Assembly: GCF_001194135.2 (NCBI RefSeq)
Contig: NC_068985.1
Span: 49,126,110 to 49,190,109 of the forward strand
Reading direction: 5' to 3'
Length of the DNA: 64,000 nucleotides
Origin: Octopus bimaculoides
Lineage: Eukaryota
The notes below the pieces were generated by a model. That model searched no databases. It was not told where the DNA came from and saw only the letters and a program-made list of their open reading frames with translations. This document shows, piece by piece, positions 1 to 12,273 of the stretch. Position numbers and translations under genes: made by a program. Each line of letters opens with the position of its first letter. Within the stretch, counting starts at the first letter, position 1.

Positions 1-92
1 TGCTGGTGGTGGTGGTGGTGATGGTGGGTGTGGTGGTGCTGGTGGTGGTGGTCGTCGTCGTCGTCGTCCTATTGTTGATGATTTGTAATTGT

Positions 93-160
<68 letters not shown>

Positions 161-280
161 TTTTTGTTGGTGATGTTGCTATTATTGTGTCCTTGTTATT
201 TTCTCTTAGCGTTAATAACGCTGCAGTGCCTGTCGTCGTTGGTGCAATTGTGTCATTACTTGTTGTTGTTGTTGTTGTTG
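1..280. repeat. Compound trinucleotide microsatellite block (GGT/GTC/GAT/GTT)n
   Basis: Visible (GGT)n, (GTC)n, (GAT)n at ~90-160 and (GTT)n. It explains the spurious poly-Met ORF 89..385. Confidence 0.95.
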
Positions 281-525
281 TACAGACCCCTGGACAGCAT
301 TGACCTCTGTCGGCCTACAACACGTAAGATAATCCGCCAAATGAACGACTGGATACCGTACGCCCATAAATCCACCGAGAACTAAATACTACACATTGCA
401 ACACTAAGCAGCGGAACGTTGCATTATTTGTACGACCCGAAGTGTAGAAGTACTGCAAGTATATGCTCTTCTAGCGTGTAGTCCCTACCATATAGTCACT
501 ATATACGGACGTGTAGTCTCTAGGT

Positions 526-1082
526 GTGGAGGTTGTGGAGGTGCAATGGCCCAGTGGTTAGGGCAGCGGACTCACAGTCATAAATAAATAAGATAGCAGC
601 TGCTGAAACATCTTTGATCTGCTTGGTTAGTGCAGACCTTAAGTAACACAATAACAAACTAATGGTAGTTTGTGTTTATATACTAACAATGTTAGTGGAG
701 GTGCAATGGCCCAGTGGTTAGGGTAACAGACTTGCGGTCATAGGACTGCGGTTTCGATTCCCAGACCGGGTGTTGTGAGTGTTTATTGAGCGAAAACACC
801 TAAAGCTCCACGAGGTTCCGGCGGGGGATGGTGGCGAACCCTGCTGTACTCTTTCACCACAACTTTCTCTCACTCTTACTTCTTGTTTCTGTTGTGCCTG
901 TAATTCAAAGGGTCAGCCTTGTCACACTGTGTCACGCTGAATATCCCCGAGAACTACGTTAAGGGTACACGTGTCTGTGGAGTGCTCAGCCACTTGCACG
1001 TTAATTTCACGAGCAGGCTGTTCCGTTGATCGGATCAACTGGAACCCTCTACCGTCGTAAGCGACGGAGTGCCAACAACAAC
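526..1082 (+). mobile_element. Composite SINE-A insertion: 5' stutter + truncated head (536-582) + 114-bp captured segment (581-694) + full SINE-A (696-1082)
   Basis: The 11-bp direct repeat agtctctaggt at 515-525 and 1083-1093 brackets the whole unit. tRNA-like head TGGAGG(C/T)GCAATGGCCCAGTGGTTAG with GGTTTCGATTCC B-box; (AAC)n tail. Confidence 0.85.
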
Positions 1083-2779
1083 AGTCTCTAGGTTTTCGTA
1101 ATAGCGACAAATATGACAGATAAGACGTGTAATGTAGAGCGATCGGTACACGCGACTTGTTATTCTGTAGCTGTAACTGCTGTGGCTTAGTCCCAAGTCG
1201 ACCCAGATTGAATAAGCCTATGATCAAAAATTGTTTCAGCGATGACCATTCTTTTATTTTACGTAATCTAGTTTATCTTTCTTTTACGTAACCCAGTGCA
1301 TCTTTCTTATACGTAATCCAGTATATCTTTCTTCGTTTAAAGTAATAGGACAAAGACTCCAAACGGTACATGGTGCTGCACTAAAGTGTCACAAAGGGTA
1401 TCTAAAAGTATGGCAGATTTTTTTCTGAATATAATTAAAGACTTTAGGAAAATTCACACTAATTCCTGAGTACCTTGAAAAAATACATTATTGGTAATTT
1501 TGTTATACGCAAGTATGATTGCTAATACATGGTTAGCAATAGTTTTCTATATTTTTTATTAACTTTAAATAATTTTGGTTCAATATGAAGTAATTACAAA
1601 ATGGAAGACTAATTTTCGAAAACACAGAAATGTTAACTTCACTCAATAATGTATTAGTTGGTGTTGAAATTTTCGTCACACTATCTGCAACCTGGTCCAC
1701 TGTTGGCCAGTTTATACAGGTCTCCAGATCAGTTGCAGTGGGACTGCAACTGGTCAGTGACTGTGTCAGTAACAAAGCCGTTGATAGTGCCACGAAAATT
1801 TTGATACCAAGTCGTAAATAATTAAGGAAAGTTAACAGTTCCTATGTGTTTTATAATGGTTAGAATGTGTCTTCCACGCAGTAATTGTTTTAGTTTCAAC
1901 ACAGTCTCAGATCAAATTACTTGCCAAATAAATACAATCCCGAATTTCTATATAAAGAGTACCAGTCATGTTTTTTTGTTTTTCTTTTTGCTCTCTAGTT
2001 TGGCGGGAAGTCAAAAACATTGAGAACCCCTACTGTAAGGCTGTGGCCTAACTCTAGACAGTGTTTGGGACTAATAGTGAGGCTGTTACCTAGTTTTTTT
2101 TTTCCTATCCTTAGACCGGTGTTCTTGCGATATTGGAGTTAACTGTTGTTGTTGTTGTTCTTGTTGCTATCTGATGTTATTGCTGTTGTTGCTCTTCTTG
2201 CTACCGTTGTGTGTTTCGTTTTGTTGTTTATATTGCTTTTATTGGTGCTGCCGCTGCTGCTGCTGCTGCTGCTGCTGTTACTGCTGCCGTTACTGCTGCT
2301 GTCATTGTTGTTGTTGTTGGTGGTGGTGATGGTGGTGGTGATGGTGGTAGCGGCGGCAGCGGCGGTGGTGGTGGTGGTGGGGNNNNNNNNNNNNNNNNNN
2401 NNNNNNNNNNNNNNNNNNNNNNNNNNNNNNNNNNNNNNNNNNNNNNNNNNNNNNNNNNNNNNNNNNNNNNNNNNNNNNNNNNNNNNNNNNNNNNNNNNNN
2501 NNNNNNNNNNNNNNNNNNNNNNNNNNNNNNNNNNNNNNNNNNNNNNNNNNNNNNNNNNNNNNNNNNNNNNNNNNNNNNNNNNNNNNNNNNNNNNNNNNNN
2601 NNNNNNNNNNNNNNNNNNNNNNNNNNNNNNNNNNNNNNNNNNNNNNNNNNNNNNNNNNNNNNNNNNNNNNNNNNNNNNNNNNNNNNNNNNNNNNNNNNNN
2701 NNNNNNNNNNNNNNNNNNNNNNNNNNNNNNNNNNNNNNNNNNNNNNNNNNNNNNTTCTTTCTTTTGTTGTCCTTTCTAT

Positions 2780-2823
<44 letters not shown>

Positions 2824-4185
2824 GGATAAGATCGATATTTAAAATATTGATTTTATCAAGTGGCCAGCATGGGAATAAAAACCATCAAAGGTAATAATTA
2901 TTTAAAATTATAATATATATATAATGTCAACGACCACTCCTTATATCCAAGATCCATGGTCCACATTACAAATGAATATTGCTGCATGATAAAGGGTTAC
3001 AGTATCGTAAGGGGTACCCATTTCTCCGTATCATTATCGTCACTGTGAAGAGAGAACGTTCCAGCGGCAAAGGTAACGGATCCACATTCCCGCTTCTTTC
3101 TCTCAGTAAGACTGGACAGATGAAAATCATAACTCTCAGAAACTGAAACCACCTAAAAGCTGACCACTACAGTTGTTTGTTTGTTTGGTGTGTGTATGAG
3201 TTTATATGTGTATGCGCGCACGCGTCCGTGTGCGTGTGTGTTATATGTGCGTGTGTACGTGTTTGTTTATGTGTGTGTGTACGTGTGTGTGTGTGTGTGT
3301 GTGTGTAAGTGTGTACATGTGTATGTACTCCTCAAGCATTTGCTCTTCCTGGATTCCTTCAGAACACTGCTGACGGTGAAAACAGATTGGAGTCCTGTCG
3401 ACTCCTACCTTAGACTGATGTTCGAACAAGAACTTGTTTGCCCTCACTCACATGATGAGGGCGCAGAAGTGAAAGAAAAGGGAGAAAAGAGGGGAGGAGA
3501 AGGCGAAGGTGACTTGAGGTAATTGATGCTGATTTTTTTATACATAGTAGCACAAAGATAATCAATTGCGGGAAATTAAGAGAGAGTATATTGATTAAAT
3601 CAAAGATTTTATCGACCATCGGAACACCGGTTTGGGAATTACATTGAAGGGTTCAACATCCTTAAAGGTGTAATGTACAATAAATCAAAAATTTATACAT
3701 AACGCATCAAAATAATCAATGTAAAGATTCTGCAACAAATAATAAATTCTTTCTGTCAGCTACGATATTTTAACAGCGCGAACTTCATTATCGAGAAAAA
3801 TTTTTAAGGGAAATAATTCTGGAATAAAGGATGAGAGTTACTTCCCTTGGATGTGCAGGTGAGCATTATTCAATCTAAAAATATACCGCCTATCCACTAC
3901 CAACACACAGCTCGCGCTCGCACACACTGTTGTTTTCGCACACACCTATGTATTCGTACACACATACTCGCGCGCCTACTCACACCAAGATAATCTAAGT
4001 TACTAAGAATTTATAAGATTAAGTTTATCTTTTCTAGCAAACGTATATCTGTTATAATATACATATAAACACACTTTTATATATTATCTTGCGTATATCT
4101 CTTTCCTCTATTTGCAAAAGTATAATATATGTACGTATGTATGTATGTATGTATGTATGTATGTATGTATGTATGTATGTATGTG

Positions 4186-4547
4186 TGGAGGCGCAATGGC
4201 CCAGTGGTTAGGGCAGCGGACTCGCAGTCATAGGATCGCGGTTTCGATTACCAGACCGGGCGTTGTGAGTGTCTATTGAGCGAAAACACCTAAAGCTCCA
4301 CGAGGCTCCAGCAGTGGATTGTGGCGAACCCTGATGTACCCTTTCACCACAACTTTCTCTCACTCTTACTTCCTGTTTCTGTTGTGCCTGTAATTCAAAG
4401 GGTCAGCCTTGTCACACTGTGTCACACTGAATATCCCCGAGAACTACGTTAAGGGTACACGTGTCTGTGGAGTGCTCAGCCACTTGCACGTTAATTTCAC
4501 GAGCAGGCTGTTCTGGTGATCGGATCAAGCGACGGAGTGCCAACAAC
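4186..4547 (+). mobile_element. SINE-A (tRNA-derived, (AAC)n tail) within (TATG)n
   Basis: Aligns end to end with the copies at 696, 6552, 19911 and 44102. Small deletion near the tail. Confidence 0.95.
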
Positions 4548-4559
4548 ATGTATGTATGT

Positions 4560-6510
4560 ATGTTCTTTTTCTCTTTTTAATTTAGTATATATTTTGACCA
4601 GCGATCTACTTGGTAGCAAATTTGTGAACGAAAGCATCTTGTTTTAACCGTCATCGTTTAAATCTTAAGAAGGTACTGCAGCTCGGATATTGTGATCATT
4701 TGTAGCATATGAATTAAGAATTTGCATTCTCTCCCCAAGATACCAAATTCAGCCATACTTTTCCCCAGACGGGTTGGTATGCATCTGCTGCTCCAATAAT
4801 AATAGGTATGAAACTGAAAGGCTATTCTGAGTACTGGATTTGCAAACACCTTATCAATGGTCCATAGATGTCCTTTTTCTCTTGCATTTTTCTAAGACCA
4901 TTCATGCCCAGAGAGCAACTGATTTCCACAACGGAACACATCTTTTCTTTGTGGCCCCACACATAGATATCTGGCAGGCTGTGTTTTAACTTGGTGGCTG
5001 TTTCAATTTTCGAGTTCCACCAATATTTTTTGACCAATCGGTCTCAATATTGTCGCTTTGTCTGTAAGTGTTTTCTTTTTTTGTTATCCTGTTCCAGGCC
5101 GTTATGGCTACGGTATCATACCTCCTGGGAAGATAATACAATATCTAGAAGACATTCTCTCACAGCTGGCAATAATATGGTTGGTGTCTTCAGTCTTAGT
5201 CTTGCACAGCCTACATTTATTTTCTGTCAACGTTTCCTGCATTTTATATAAGTACTTGCCGGGGATCTCTTGTTATTGAATTGCACGGACGTAGCCTTCA
5301 AAGCGGGATGTCATAAACTTATCGGTATTCTATGTATGTATTTATGTATGTATGTATGTATGTGTGGAGGCGCAATGGCCCAGTGGTTAGGGCAGCGGAC
5401 TCGCAGTCATAGGATCGCGGTTTCGATTACCAGACCGGGCGTTGTGAGTGTTTCTTGAGCGAAAACACCTAAAGCTCCACGAGGCTCCAGCAGGGGATTG
5501 TGGCGAACCCTGATGTACCCTTTCACCACAACTTTCTCTCACTCTTACTTCCTGTTTCTGTTGTGCCTGTAATTCAAAGGGTCAGCCTTGTCACACTGTG
5601 TCACACTGAATATCCCCGAGAACTACGTTAAGGGTACATGATCAATCCTTTTTTCGGTTTGAATTTTACCTTCTATGTACTTGGTACTCAGTCCATTTAT
5701 TTTATTTTACTGTTCTGATAAATAGATTTTACCAATGTTCTTTAGGGAGAGATCTGTATCAGCACTTTTTTCATACCACTCCTCAAGTTCATAAGCTATC
5801 CTAATTATGTTGTTGATTTTATGGTCACAAAGTCGCATGAGCAGCTTGCGAGTTCGAACGTCTATCCCACTGAGCTCTTGTAGTGACCAGTTCAGAAGGC
5901 CAAACGTGGGCGTCAGGACAGGCACTGCAAAGGTGTTGGGGGTAATATGCTAATTGTAAGCTGAGAGTTCTGATGACTGTATTCCCTTTACTCTCCTGAG
6001 GTATTCATTCCAATCCCCCTCCTTATTTCTTTATTGTCAAGCCGTTCATTTTTAGAGTTTCAGAAGAGGGCACATTTTTTTCTACGTTTTATTGTCAGAA
6101 ACGCACATTTGAACTCACAAAATTTCATCCCAATGTCTGTAGAAAATTGGATAATGAGGTCCAATTGCTTTTTTATATGGTTGATATTTCGCTCACACAG
6201 TCTCAGGTCGTCGGCAAGGAAAAATTGAGAGATACTTCTGGATCCATTTGTATGGTCACTATGTTTTCTGATTAGGTATGATAGTGAGTTTAATGAGAGG
6301 GTGAATGGTAGCACCGACAGACTATCACTCTGAAAGATGTCTTTTTTGATAGTGAATGCTATCCAACTCAATTTTCTGCTTATCACTCCTAAGGAACAAA
6401 GTGGTGTACCAAGTCTTGGTTAGGCTTTTGGTAGTACTCACAAGTAGTTGTGGGACTTTGGTTAACTGTAAAAGCTTCATAATCCATCCATGTGGTATAT
6501 CAAAAGCTTT
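4560..6510 (-). mobile_element. Decayed 5'-truncated non-LTR retrotransposon, RLE type (R4/Dong-like): RT, CCHC knuckle, restriction-like endonuclease
   Basis: Minus-strand translations: KAFDIPHGWI (RT), DIFQSDSLSVLPF and FFLADDLRL (degenerate GIFQGDSLSP and YxDD), DIGMKF..KC, VPVLTPTFG..W...EL..IDVRTRKLL, KCRLCKTKTEDTNHIIASC (CCHC), LPDIYVW..VVEISC..EKKDIY (PD..D/E endonuclease). Multiple stops and frameshifts. Confidence 0.85.
5365..5638 (+). mobile_element. 3'-truncated SINE-A copy with upstream (TATG)n, interrupting the LINE
   Basis: Nearly identical to 4186-4459 including private variants. Ends at gggtaca with no tail and no TSD. Confidence 0.9.
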
Positions 6511-6551
6511 CTGTCTGTCTGTCTGATGGATGGATGGATGGATGGATGTAT

Positions 6552-7193
6552 TGGAGGCGCAATGGCCCAGTGGTTAGGGCAGCGGACTCGCGGGCATAGG
6601 ATCGCGGTTTCGATTACCAGACCGGGCGTTGTGAGTGTTTATTGAGCGAAAACACCTAAAGCCCCACGAGGCTCCGGCAGGGGATGGTGGCGAACCCTGC
6701 TGTACTCTTTCACCACAACTTTCTCTCACTCTTACTTCTTGTTTCTGTTGTGCCTGTAATTCAAAGAGTCAGCCTTGTCACACTGTGTCACGCTGAATAT
6801 CCCCAAGAACTNNNNNNNNNNNNNNNNNNNNNNNNNNNNNNNNNNNNNNNNNNNNNNNNNNNNNNNNNNNNNNNNNNNNNNNNNNNNNNNNNNNNNNNNN
6901 NNNNNNNNNNNNNNNNNNNNNNNNNNNNNNNNNNNNNNNNNNNNNNNNNNNNNNNNNNNNNNNNNNNNNNNNNNNNNNNNNNNNNNNNNNNNNNNNNNNN
7001 NNNNNNNNNNNNNNNNNNNNNNNNNNNNNNNNNNNNNNNNNNNNNNNNNNNNNNNNNNNNNNNNNNNNNNNNNNNNNNNNTGTCTGTGGAGTGCTCAGCC
7101 ACTTGCACGTTAATTTCACGAGCAGGCTGTACCGTTGATCGGATTGACTGGAACCCTCGACGTCGTAAGCGACGGAGTGCCAACAACAACAAC
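6552..7193 (+). mobile_element. SINE-A spanning an assembly gap
   Basis: Head at 6552, body to 6811, resumes at 7081 and runs to the (AAC)n tail. Confidence 0.9.
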
Positions 7194-7345
7194 ATGTATG
7201 TATTACGTATGTATGTATTACGTATGTATGTATTATGTATGTATGTATTACGTATGTATGTATTACGTATGTATGTATTACGTATGTATGTATTATGTAT
7301 GTATGTATTACGTATGTATGTATTACGTATGTATGTATGTATGTC
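7194..7345. repeat. 15-bp minisatellite ATGTATGTATTA(C/T)GT x ~9
   Basis: Direct tandem units. They produce the MYVLR repeats in the ORF track. Confidence 0.95.
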
Positions 7346-7888
7346 ATTGTACGGTTTTATTTCAAGATTTCTTGCCAATAGAGAAAGAGCTGGTTTCTAA
7401 CCTGGATCCAAGTTCCTTCATTGGCATTTCAACAACAATATGTATGTATGTATATAAAATGATGGAGTTATTCGATACTCCCGACCCACATTTCATCTTA
7501 GTTGATCTCTAAGTGAGATTAGCGACACTGATAGTCACCTCATTACAAAGTTTGCCTCCTTAAACGTCTAGACAAAAACATATCCTGAGTACATTAACTG
7601 AACTTTCAGTCCTATTACAAACGTTAGCTAGAATTAGCTTCTCATTCAGGCACTAACTTGCGTGTACAACGACTACTCCTAGCTAATGCATGAATTTATT
7701 ACTATCCTGGACAGACCATTGTTACCTAGAGATCTTGACATTTTTAAAACAACGCTGACACAATATCATATAAATTCCAATGAACCGGTGAAGAGCCAAA
7801 GCTTGCATTCTTAAATGCTAGTTTGTTTGATTTTTTTTTTTTTTTGATTTTTTTGTTTTGTTTTGTTTCTTTTTGTATTTTGTTTTTT

Positions 7889-7959
<71 letters not shown>

Positions 7960-8610
7960 TAATTCGAGAGTGAATCATGTTTCCAGAACTCCATACCCAG
8001 CATCTGATTATGCCGCAGTGACAAGAGAGAAATGAAAGACTGGAAATTACGTAGAGGTTGTATTATCAGAAACCCCAAAGTTGCCTTACGCAATCGTGGT
8101 CCTACCGCCTCAAGGAGGAGAATCCTCTTATATTTATGGTAACCATTTAAAATAGACATTTACTGTTACATTCACTAACCGGTGAGGTGACTTGTGAAGA
8201 TTTCAAGAATTTAGGTGTGAATGAATTTACCCTATAGTTACCACTAGGTCCACTGTGGCCCAGAGTTGTAGTACTTGTCAAGGGACCCAGTTTACGGATC
8301 CAATGCCAGATGTTCCTGTAGCTAAATCATGCTGGATTAGAAAGAGGACTGCTTCCTAGATATGTCACAGACCCCCGTTACTGATGAGTGGGCATGTGAA
8401 CAGTTCCACTTGGCTAGGGGTTAAATGGGTCCAGTGTCTGAGGTGTAAGCTTTGGTGGGCAGGAGACTATCAGAGTAAAGTCTAAACAAATCAACAGGAT
8501 GGAACCTGAAACTACTGCTGTATCTTTCCCCCAATGAATCCATAATTCGCCAACGCCTATAGGTAAAGTTCCTGAAAAAAGATTATTCTTTATAAAGTGT
8601 AAAAAGTAAC

Positions 8611-8812
8611 GGTTTCAAATTTTGGTACAAGACCAACATATTCGAGGAAAGGGCTAAGTCGATAACATCGGCCCCAGTGATCAACTGGTACTTATTTCAT
8701 CGACCTCGAAAGGGGTTAAAGATAAAGTCGACCTCTGAAGAATTTGAACGCTGAGCGGCGAACGAAATGCTGCAAAGCCCGGCGTGCTAACGATTCTGCT
8801 AGCTCACCGCCT
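8611..8812 (-). mobile_element. SINE-B (tRNA-like head AAGGCGGCGAGCTGGCAGAA, core CTTTCATCCTTTCGGGGTCGATAAAATAAGTACCAG, (ATT)n-type tail)
   Basis: Aligns to more than ten other copies in the window. Confidence 0.85.
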
Positions 8813-10779
8813 AATTAAATGCTAAAATATTACATCGGAGACCTACAATCACGTCACTGCCTCTGTTGGAAGTACTCGGTCTATATATACAGTCCGTGGA
8901 TAATTGAGTATTTTCATGCTTCTCTCCTTTCACCCTACAAGTCTCAGATACAGTGAAACTGATGCAAGACAAACATTTTGACACATTTATGGCATCAATG
9001 TAAAAATACTAGCCTGCGGGAAAATTTTCGTTTACACTTGTATTTGAAGTCTCTGAAAAAGTACACGAAAAAATGATGGTTTAAGACTTTAGAACTAAAA
9101 CAGTAATTTAATATAAGTGACATATCTATTATTTTTTTTAGTAAAGATGGCTTCCACAAGTTCTTATATACTTGTAATTCACCTCTGGTAATGAGAAGTT
9201 TTCCTGCCTTTTCTTCATAGTAAACAATACTTTTAGAAAATTAATCAAAGTGAATATAACGATAAATGTTGAGTGTCGTAAATAATTATTATAACGTTTC
9301 TACATTGTAGTTGTATTACTTTCGGCCCAAGATCGCAAGTCAAATCATTTACCAATCAAGTATATCTTCGATAGAAAAATGTAATCTAAAATATTCAACA
9401 AAACGTAATAAAATGTTTGGAAAAAGAACCGCGGAAAAACAATTGATTGATTGATCAAACAATTAATCAAGACATCTATTAGTTCATCGGTTAATCAGTT
9501 TACTAGTAGATTAATGATAATAACAATCAAAAATAATAACAAGAAATTAAATACAATCAATGCGTATGCTTTTATCGGTAAAGACCCAGCAGAAATACAA
9601 GAATAAGTAGCTAAATAGCTTCGAAAGAAAGTAAGGGGTATAACTCTGATCCTTTGATGCAGAAGTTAGTTTCCTTCTAATACTGCGTATAGCTAACTAT
9701 TTTGAATGGTTAAAACGTAAATTATATTACTTCTCTAGACCTCCCTGTAAAATATTACCTGTTCAAGGTACAGAATTGTGGGAAGAGGATGTCGCAATCA
9801 ACGGAATACCGACACTAGGCATACTCACTCTGTAGTAAAGCTATGGTGAACTCACTTGTGATTCGGAAGGACACCGTTATGTTGGAAACTACCAAAATTA
9901 TCATCTTATCATCTAGGCAGACCTACTGAGAATGATAAAGAATGCGTCACTACTTTACCAACCACAAGATCAGCGCAGACACACTTAACACTTTATATTC
10001 TGATTGCAGGTGTTTGGCTATACATAAAATGATAGAATCAGGGTATATGGAAGAGCAAAGAAGATATCTGAGAGTATCTTAAAAATGATGTGGATGAAGT
10101 ATGCCCTCTATACCACAATAAGTTCTGGAATAGAATAAGTAGAGATATTCATAAGGTAACCTAAATAAAAATGTGGTATGACAGCAAGAAATTTAATGGT
10201 CTGTTTGTAGATTCGGCACTGAATAGAGAAATTAGGTAGTACAGTTCGAGACTTCCGAGCAATTAACTTCAACATCAAGTTCATCAATAAATAAGGTAGA
10301 TTTGTTAAATCTGTTCTATCTAATCTTATTCCTTTGACAATGACGCCTGTCTGCATATGCTACAAACCCGCATATCAACAGCAAAGTTAGAAATACTGTG
10401 GCTTTTCTAATGCCTCTACAAAGGTTTCTGTCCGTCTCGCTCGTCTCATATACTTCCTCACGGACACTTTCGTCTCTCTCCCTCTTCTACCACACATGTT
10501 GTGTCCAAACTCAGATGCGACATTCACCACCACTATTCCAAGTCCTTCCCCCAAGAATTTCCATCTTGCACTCGTCTTTCCTGCAATCGTCGACAAACGA
10601 TATTATTGTCACCAATCTGGAAGAGCATGAGACTCGGCTATTAAAACTTATAAGTATGAATATATAAGTATATATGTTATATAACGTATGTATATATACT
10701 AAATACATTCATTTATACATGCACATATAGATGCATACATACATACATATATGTATGTGCGTGTATGTGTGTGTATGTA

Positions 10780-10828
<49 letters not shown>

Positions 10829-12058
10829 AAATAGTAAATGAGTATATGCATATATACGTACAGGTATGTGCATACCGACATCCACCTGTATGTATAGGTG
10901 CATATCTGGGTACAGGACATTGCAAACAAACGTAGACGAGAACNNNNNNNNNNNNNNNNNNNNNNNNNNNNNNNNNNNNNNNNNNNNNNNNNNNNNNNNN
11001 NNNNNNNNNNNNNNNNNNNNNNNNNNNNNNNNNNNNNNNNNNNNNNNNNNNNNNNNNNNNNNNNNNNNNNNNNNNNNNNNNNNNNNNNNNNNNNNNNNNN
11101 NNNNNNNNNNNNNNNNNNNNNNNNNNNNNNNNNNNNNNNNNNNNNNNNNNNNNNNNNNNNNNNNNNNNNNNNNNNNNNNNNNNNNNNNNNNNNNNNNNNN
11201 NNNNNNNNNNNNNNNNNNNNNNNNNNNNNNNNNNNNNNNNNNNNNNNNNNNNNNNNNNNNNNNNNNNNNNNNNNNNNNNNNNNNNNNNNNNNNNNNNNNN
11301 NNNNNNNNNNNNTATATATATATATATATATATATGCGTATATGTATTTACATGCATTTATACATGTATGTGCATATATCTATTTATATCTATAGGTATG
11401 CATATGTAGAGAGAAAAGGAAGAGATGCATACTGACAGATACAGACATATACGTATGTATGTATGTATGCATGTATGTACACATATAGCGGTTTCTCCAG
11501 TCGGTCTCAATGTATAGGGTCCAACAGTTGGCTGTTAGAGCATCCTCACAGATTAATTGTTTCGGTTGTGTAAGCTTATATAGGACCAGCCACACATTTT
11601 GAAAGCGCTAAGAGCAGAAATTTGGTGCAAATGTTTGGCACAAACGCAACGAACAACATGTCTCGGGTTTTTCCATTAAGCTATTCCAACTCCTGAGTTA
11701 GTTCCCTTCGCTTGTTGTCTCACTCACCATGTTAGGATAACTGTTCACCTAGGCACCAAGCCAGAAATTTCTAAATCCTCGCGCATGCATACATATATAT
11801 CATGTAATTGGATGGCCGATGACGCTTCTTAGTTCATCTGCCCTTCGACGGGTCTTGTTTTTCATAATGCTGCATGTCCAAAAACCATCCTACTCTCCAA
11901 GCATGCTTGGTACTGTTTCTGGTTTAATCATCGATGGCCCGACCATGCAACAGAATGTTACTTGTTAGTGTTGTAACCATTTTTTCATTGTATGCATATC
12001 ATATAAACTTAATATATATATATATATCCAATGTAAAAATTATTGTTCACTGTATATT

Positions 12059-12273
12059 GATTTCAAATTTTTGGCACAAGGCCAGCAATTTTGAGGGAAG
12101 GGGATAAGTTGATTAGATCGACCGCAGTGTTCAAGTGGTACTTATTTTATCGACCCGTTGGGGTGAAAGGTAAAATCGACCTCGGCGGAATTTGAACTCG
12201 GAACGTGAAGACGGACGAAATTTCGGTAAGTATTTTGCCCGGCATACTAACGATCCTGCCAGCTCGCCGCCTT
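12059..12273 (-). mobile_element. SINE-B
   Basis: Full-length match to the family; CpGs largely retained. Confidence 0.9.

Noticed and set aside
89-385. Poly-Met ORF and other low-complexity ORFs (2146-2823, YI/CV/HT repeats)
   Set aside because: Translations of microsatellites; no splice or domain support.
536-760. tRNA genes suggested by A/B boxes in SINE heads (all families)
   Set aside because: Each continues into a SINE body and tail; no acceptor-stem closure or terminator.
1260-1333. 25-bp x3 tandem repeat; similar small duplications at 18890-19055, 23480-23640 and 39380-39527
   Set aside because: Degenerate local slippage or duplication; no unique spacers, so not CRISPR-like, and no evidence of function.
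1400-2033. Possible hAT element ending TTGAGAACCCCT
   Set aside because: Only one terminus seen and no recognisable transposase peptide.
3325-3522. GC-richer stretch with an open frame; similar stretches at 8030-8160, 10400-10650, 36765-37001 and 37980-38260
   Set aside because: No recognisable domain and no consistent splice-phase chain.
6812-7080. Apparent ~250-bp insertion inside SINE-A
   Set aside because: All N. The consensus lacks only ~17 bp here, so the gap is probably over-sized.
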